NCBI GenBank assembly: GCA_038889235.1
Contig: JAWAHN010000001.1
Span: 374,499-406,498 of the forward strand
Length of the DNA: 32,000 nt
Reading direction: 5' to 3'
From: Candidatus Jordarchaeales archaeon
GTDB lineage: Archaea; Asgardarchaeota; Jordiarchaeia; Jordiarchaeales; Freyrarchaeaceae
Under the pieces are notes generated by a model. That model saw only the letters and a list, made by a program, of their open reading frames with translations. It was not told where the DNA came from and searched no databases. Shown piece by piece: positions 26,921-32,000 of the stretch. The position numbers and the translations under genes were made by a program. How positions within the stretch are numbered: the first letter of the stretch is position 1; each line of letters starts with the position of its first letter.

Positions 26921-27824
26921 TTGATTTCTGTGTGTGTCGGCATTCCGGCGTATAATGAGGAAAAAATATCAAGTTTGTTTTGAATTCTGTTTTGGCTCAA
27001 AAAGAAAATGACTCTTTTAAAATAGGTGAAATTTTAGTTGTAAGCGATGGTAGTATAGATGCAACTCCTGACATTGTTAGGGAATACTGTGCGTTTGATT
27101 CCAGAATTAGGTTGTATCATTATGATGTTCGGAAAGGAAAAGTTATGCGCTTAACGTGATTTTCAGAGAAGGACGTGGGGATGTTTTCGTTCTTTTTGAT
27201 GCTGACGTTATCCTTAAAGATGAATGGGTGGTATGTGGTTTAGTGGAGCCTTTTCTCATGGATAAACGTGTCGGATTAGTAGGAGGGTTGCCTGTCCCCT
27301 TACCACCAGAAGGACTAATAGAATTAGCTGGCATCTTTAGTTTTAAGCTTCAAAAATTCATAAAGGAAAACGTAAGAGGTGGCTGTAATCTCTATGCTGC
27401 TCATGGCCGTGTACTCGCTCTTTCCTCAAAATTAGCAAAAAGTGTTAAGATCCCGAATATCCCTGCCGTTGACGCCTACCTTTACCTAAGATGTATAAGC
27501 GCTGGCTACAAGTTCGTTTACGTTGGCGATAAAGCAACAGTCTTTTATAGAGCACCAAGAAACGTTAAGGGGTTTGTAAGTCAGAGTGCGAGGTTTAGGA
27601 GAGCACGAGAGCCTTTACGAAAAATATTCGGCGAATTGGTTGACCGAGAAGTAAAAGTGCCTATGACCACCTTCTTAAAGGCCTACATTAAAGGTTTAAT
27701 CGAGGACCCGCGCGGAAGCGTTCTCTGGACTTTACTTTACTCTTATGCGACACTCACCATTAAACGTGCTCCTCCACACGGAATATGGTTTGTTGATGAA
27801 CGGTCAAAACCTCTTTTCACTTAA
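26921..27824 (+). pseudogene. GT2 glycosyltransferase interrupted by two single-A deletions
   Basis: GGAGGAG SD plus TTG 26921: MISVCVGIPAYNEEK, shift at A6 26961-26966, NIKFVLNSVLAQ...VVSDGSIDAT...RKGK, shift at A4 27138-27141, then SYALNVIFREGRGDVFVLFDAD joining ORF 27156-27824. Confidence 0.85.
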
Positions 27825-27873
27825 AAAACTTCTTTATTCTTCCATAATAAGGAGTGCGAGTGAGGTGTGAAAA

Positions 27874-28497
27874 ATGAGGTTCGTCTATTTCAATGATTAT
27901 GAAGTGATTAATCGTGAGAGATTGAAATTGTTTGCTAAATATGCAAAGGGTATAGTGCTGGATGTTGGAGCGGCACAATTGCCAAATAAGTTTTTTGACT
28001 ATTCAACAAAAGTTAAGGAAGTTTGGATGGTAGATATTAAAGAAGCAAAAGTAAGACTGCCTGAAAAATACAAAAAAGTCATATTTTTCGATTTAGATTC
28101 AGGAAGACGTCTTCCCTTTGAAGACGGCTCTATAGATACTATTGTGTTAGGTGAAATTTTAGAGCATTTGCGTTTTCCCCTTAGAATCTTAAAGGAATGC
28201 AGTAGAATACTCAAGCCCAACGGAATTTTATTAATATCGACCCCAACTCCAAAGTACTATTTGGAGCGGATTTATTACGCAGTTTTTCGAGAGCATCTAT
28301 GCCCTGCAGAACATAAAGTCCTTTTCACAAGAAACCAGATGAAAACAACACTTGTTAAACACGGATTTATTCTCAAAAAGGTAATTGGATACAGTTTTTG
28401 GGTCCCTTTACTAAAAATTGGCTTTGTTCAAACTAGATATAAGATGGCTGAGCTTTTCACGTGGCAACAGATATATGTTGCAAAAAAAGCTTCTTAA
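27874..28497 (+). CDS. Class I SAM-dependent methyltransferase (type 11)
   Basis: VLDVGAA, LPFEDGSIDTIVLGEILEHL, RILKPNGILLISTPTP, EHKVLFT. Confidence 0.88.
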   Translation: MRFVYFNDYEVINRERLKLFAKYAKGIVLDVGAAQLPNKFFDYSTKVKEVWMVDIKEAKVRLPEKYKKVIFFDLDSGRRLPFEDGSIDTIVLGEILEHLRFPLRILKECSRILKPNGILLISTPTPKYYLERIYYAVFREHLCPAEHKVLFTRNQMKTTLVKHGFILKKVIGYSFWVPLLKIGFVQTRYKMAELFTWQQIYVAKKAS

Positions 28498-28834
28498 AAG
28501 AGAAATATTGAAATTAAAAAGTTTATTTTTACTCAGAATTCAAAAATATTAATGTTGAGTTAATGAATCCTATTATGATTTGTTAATGCCTTAATGATAA
28601 GCAAGCTGAATGTAAACAAAGTGCTGAAAGGCCCCATATTTCTGTGTGAAGGAGAGAGCAGACAGGCTTAAGCGAAATAAAATGTATTTCCTGAAGGCTG
28701 TTGGTAACCATGTTCGAAGATGGTAATTTTGCTTTAACTTTTTAGGTGATTTTAAAGAATGCCTTTTGACATAAAAAGGGGACGTAGAAATTTAAAGAGT
28801 GAAAGTGGAAAATTTGTTTGGTGGTGTTTGCTGT

Positions 28835-29790
28835 TTGCGTGCTTTGGTTTCGAGTGGTGGTAGGGGTACTCATTTACGTTCTTTGACTTTTAGTTTGGCT
28901 AAGTGACTTGTTCCTGTCGGTAATCGTCCTGTTTTGGGTTATGTTCTGGATAGGGTTGCCGAGGTCGGGATAAGGGTCGGCGGCATGATCATTGCTCCTG
29001 ATACCGATTAGGCTGTTCGTGAGTATGTTGGTGATGGGGGGTGAGTGGGGGTTTCGTGTTGAGTGTATTGTTCAGGAGCCTTTGGGTTTGGCTCACGCTG
29101 TTAAAGGTTGCCCGTAGCTTTTGGGAGGGTGACGATTTTTCTTATGTATTTGAGTGATAACCTTTTGGGTTTTGAGTCTCTGCAGGTTTGTTGACGAATT
29201 TGAGGGCGGGGGGTTGATTGTCTTGTTCTTTTGAAGGAGGTTGATGACCCGCGTATGTTTGGTATTGTTGTTCTTGACAGGGATGGACGTGTTGTGCGTT
29301 TGGTTGAGAAACTTACTGTGCCTCCGAGTAACTTGGCTCTTGTTGGTGTTTACGTTTTTGAACCGTGTGCATGATGCTGTTGAGAGGATTAAGCCTTCGT
29401 GGCGGGGGTGAGCTCGAGACCACTAATGTTATTCATGAGATGGTTAACATGGGTTGCCGTGCTAGAGCTAGAGTTCTTGACTCCTGGTGGATTGACACCA
29501 GTAAGAAGGACGACGTGCTAACTGCCAATGCTATTGTGTCAGATGAATATTATATTATGTGTGATGTTAGAGGTTAGAGGTGAAGTTGTTGATAGTGGAG
29601 GTTGAGGGGCGTGTTCAAGTCAATGGGGGGCGCATGTCGTGGAAAAGTGTTGTTAGGAGGCTATGCGTGATAGGATGGGTTGCATCATCGAGAACTTGTC
29701 TATCAGTCCGTACACTAGTGTTAATTGTTAATTCTGGTGTTGAACACTGCGTGATTACGGACGGGGACTTTTTGTTAAGAACTTTGGGAA
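28835..29790 (+). pseudogene. Degraded glucose-1-phosphate thymidylyltransferase (RmlA/GraD long form)
   Basis: [96 protein letters not shown], with in-frame stops and several frameshifts. Confidence 0.88.
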
Positions 29791-30379
29791 ATATGAAGAA
29801 AGTCTTATAGAAGGAGCGCTAGGAAAGTTTGCCAATAAAATGTACAATCACGTTGCTAGAGCTGATATAATAAAATTGTACCCTTTAAATCCAAGGTTAT
29901 TCGATTATGTTGCGAGTGTGGATGTTCTTGGACAAATACCGTTCCACGAGAAGAACTACTGTCTTATTAAGATAGTGAGAATACTGAAAAATCATTAAAT
30001 GTTATTATATCGAAGCTGACGAATAAGATCTGCTCAAAAGACTAGCTTAAAAGAGACACTCTATTTTTATAGAAAGTACTTCACCAAGCAGAACGGCCAT
30101 ATTGGATTGGAAAAGGTCTGACATAAGAAGGAGCTTTGAAAGGATTTTTCATAACTATTATGTAATGCCAATGCTTGTTATCATATCGACCTCCATTGGA
30201 GTACGCTAAGCAGTTTTTAATCAGTATGAAAGGTGATACCTGCCTTTGCAATTGCTTGGACACGTTGGTGAAACATCTACCAATATATCAGAGACTCGAT
30301 AGGAGCTTACTCTTAATTCTACATGTAACCCTAATGAAGATGCCCTTTTTAGACTACAGTTGGGGGGACTTTTTGTTAA
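29763..30379. repeat. Perfect 16-bp direct repeat GGGGACTTTTTGTTAA at 29763-29778 and 30364-30379
   Basis: Both copies read directly; starts are 601 bp apart. Confidence 0.85.
29801..30121 (+). pseudogene. Relic of a class I SAM-dependent methyltransferase
   Basis: Frame 29801-29998 reads ...MYNHVARADIIKLYPLNPRLFDYVASVDVLGQIPFHEKNYCLIKIVRILKNH*, a decayed AD..LP..FD.V.S.DVL.HIP...RILK pattern. A later frame reads YRKYFTKQNGHIGLE. Confidence 0.45.
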
Positions 30380-30417
30380 AGCACGTATGCGAGTCAAATC
30401 CAATTTTAAGGACGTTA

Positions 30418-31677
30418 TCAGTTCTTACATGAAACGTTGCGCGCGTGGATCTGGCTTAATAGTAGAGCCAATTGTTGTAAGCCATCTAAACTTAGCGTCT
30501 GCAACACTCTGACTTGCTCCCTAATCTTGGTTCGAAGAGCTTGGTTGTTCCTCCATACGTATTCTATTTTCGCCTTCAATGAATCATAGTTTAAGTGCTT
30601 TGCATCACAGAGCAAGTTATCAATTTTAAGAAAGTTTACTAACCCATGAAATTTAGGACTATGTGCTATCAATATTGGAGGAACACCATGCAGGAGGGCA
30701 ACTATAGCAGGATGCATCCTTGATGTAATAAGGATTTTACATTTCGCTATAGTGCTTATCACTTCATGAAGGCTAGAACCCTTTACAAGAGAGATCTTTT
30801 CAGAGCCCATTGTACTTCGAATAGCGTCGAAAGCAACGCTAAGAAACGCTAGGTCGTCTTCATGCCTCCAACGACCACCCCTTGAAAAAGGAATTAACAC
30901 AATCTTCGCGGAATACGTATTCACAAGATAGTTTGAAATATCCCTCAAGATTTGAATGAAGTACTCAGGGCTATAACTATAGAAATGTATCACGGCTTCG
31001 TTACTAATGCAAAAGCACGCTATTGGCTCATCATTTTGCGTTTTTATCTCGAGAGGAATGGAAAAAGCGGCATCAGTAATAAGGCGAACTTTAGATCCAG
31101 TAATTCCCATCTTTCTTAGATAGTTTTCGGAGTTTTGATCTCTCACTGCAATCAGTTTAACATTGTCATTTTCAAGAACCACTTTAACAAATGGTCTTAG
31201 TATACCTAAATTTCCAATAGAATGCGAGTATAGTATTACGGGCTTCTCTAGAAGTAACGCTAAAATTATGGATATGAGATTCGTAAACGTGCTAATAGTT
31301 CGCCTCACACGATACCACATGGTCTTGCTTTGTGCAGGGCAAAATCCATCCCCACTTAGATCTATGACTACATCGGCTTCATAGTAGTATTTTAACGGTT
31401 CCCACAGTAGTAACGTATCGGCTTTAAATCCAACCACTTTAAGAACTCTCCACATAAATGCTCTTATTAAAGCGTTGAGAAGAGTTCTAAGAAGCAGTTT
31501 CACAGGCTTCACACACTTACAATTCTGGTAAACTTTTCTATCGATATCCGGATAGAGGGACTCTATCGTGAATTTGATGCCAGGAATTTTATTGGATAAA
31601 AAGTTCGTGACACCCAAGACTAAAAGGGCCCATCCTCTATTAAGTGAGTAGAAGTTATTGATTATATGAACCCTCAT
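30418..31677 (-). CDS. Polysaccharide pyruvyl transferase family protein (WcaK/CsaB-like)
   Basis: NNFYSLNRGWALLV, VIDLSGDGF, YSHSIG, IAVRDQNSENYL, ITDAAF, ITSRMHPAIVALLHGVP, SPKF. Confidence 0.85.
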   Translation of the reverse strand: MRVHIINNFYSLNRGWALLVLGVTNFLSNKIPGIKFTIESLYPDIDRKVYQNCKCVKPVKLLLRTLLNALIRAFMWRVLKVVGFKADTLLLWEPLKYYYEADVVIDLSGDGFCPAQSKTMWYRVRRTISTFTNLISIILALLLEKPVILYSHSIGNLGILRPFVKVVLENDNVKLIAVRDQNSENYLRKMGITGSKVRLITDAAFSIPLEIKTQNDEPIACFCISNEAVIHFYSYSPEYFIQILRDISNYLVNTYSAKIVLIPFSRGGRWRHEDDLAFLSVAFDAIRSTMGSEKISLVKGSSLHEVISTIAKCKILITSRMHPAIVALLHGVPPILIAHSPKFHGLVNFLKIDNLLCDAKHLNYDSLKAKIEYVWRNNQALRTKIREQVRVLQTLSLDGLQQLALLLSQIHARNVSCKN

Positions 31678-31678
31678 A

Positions 31679-32000
31679 TTAATAATACCTCCTCTGATAC
31701 ATCACCCATAACGCTTTCTCAACCCTTGAGAGAACAAAGGCGTAAGCTTCCAGAATTTTAAAGGGTAATCGTTCTATCATGCGTTGCCCTATGGATGCCT
31801 CCGAAAACCTTTTATTGGCAAGCTGAATTAGGGCAATAACAAGTTGTAGAAGGCTTGTTGGCGAAACACGCTCCTCGGCCCTCTTCGTCACTACCTGCCG
31901 TGCAGGCAACGTTACTTTTTTGAAGAATAGCGGACGCCATTGGGATTCGATAACCTTTTCTATGCCTATTTCTTTTAGTTCAATATAACCAGTATGCCAC
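31679..32000 (-). CDS. C-terminal part of a gene running off the window end; possibly a coenzyme F420 hydrogenase/dehydrogenase beta-subunit (FrhB)-like protein
   Basis: Frame open from 31999: WHTGYIELKEIGIEKVIESQWRPLFFKKVTLPARQ...; abuts the pyruvyltransferase start. The family guess rests on a G.I.L...V..SQ...L..KK pattern and the known FrhB/pyruvyltransferase neighbourhood. Confidence 0.45.
   Translation of the reverse strand, partial: WHTGYIELKEIGIEKVIESQWRPLFFKKVTLPARQVVTKRAEERVSPTSLLQLVIALIQLANKRFSEASIGQRMIERLPFKILEAYAFVLSRVEKALWVMYQRRYY

Noticed and set aside
28835-29020. In-frame TGA in the RmlA homolog as selenocysteine
   Set aside because: It aligns to a conserved Gln (KQL), not Cys, and the gene also has a TAG and several frameshifts.
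29365-29810. ORFs 29365-29577 and 29580-29810 as independent genes
   Set aside because: They are fragments and shifted frames of the RmlA pseudogene.
30175-30432. 85-aa Cys-containing ORF
   Set aside because: Lies in the decayed interval between the 16-bp repeats, overlaps the pyruvyltransferase end, and has no metal-binding spacing or SD.
1-32000. CRISPR array, tRNA, rRNA, transposase or integrase
   Set aside because: No regularly spaced 24-40-bp repeats, no tRNA T-arm/cloverleaf, no rRNA signatures, and no DDE/HUH/tyrosine-recombinase motifs in any ORF.

Overview
Archaeal chromosomal window. Shine-Dalgarno-like GAGGTG(A) motifs and TTG/GTG starts are frequent, and I found no tRNA, rRNA, CRISPR array or intact transposase. 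The left part (1 to ~13.5 kb, visibly GC-balanced) is housekeeping: partial COG1665-type nucleotidyltransferase, PSTK (selenocysteine pathway), ThiD-ThiN, an Fe-S XPD-family helicase whose motifs resemble eukaryotic FANCJ/RTEL1/DDX11 overlapping a PPP Ser/Thr phosphatase, a methanofuran-biosynthesis trio (HisA-like, MfnD, MfnF), three co-oriented poorly characterised genes (Lys/Ala/Pro-rich basic protein, tandem USP-like protein, DUF2240 ending in a PIP-box-like KQTTLF) followed by a 105-nt nested hairpin, a PHP hydrolase and an NfeD protease with no adjacent stomatin gene. The right part (~13.6-32 kb, increasingly AT-rich and mosaic) is a surface-glycosylation locus: epimerase, short UDP-sugar dehydrogenase, GT2/GT4 enzymes, three GT-C membrane glycosyltransferases (two are clear paralogs), three SAM methyltransferases, a pyruvyltransferase and several decayed genes, including four single-A losses in homopolymer tracts and a 16-bp direct repeat bracketing a relic. 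PSTK plus methanofuran genes plus the eukaryote-like helicase would fit an Asgard-type or related archaeon, but that is inference only. All family calls come from motif recognition, not database searches.
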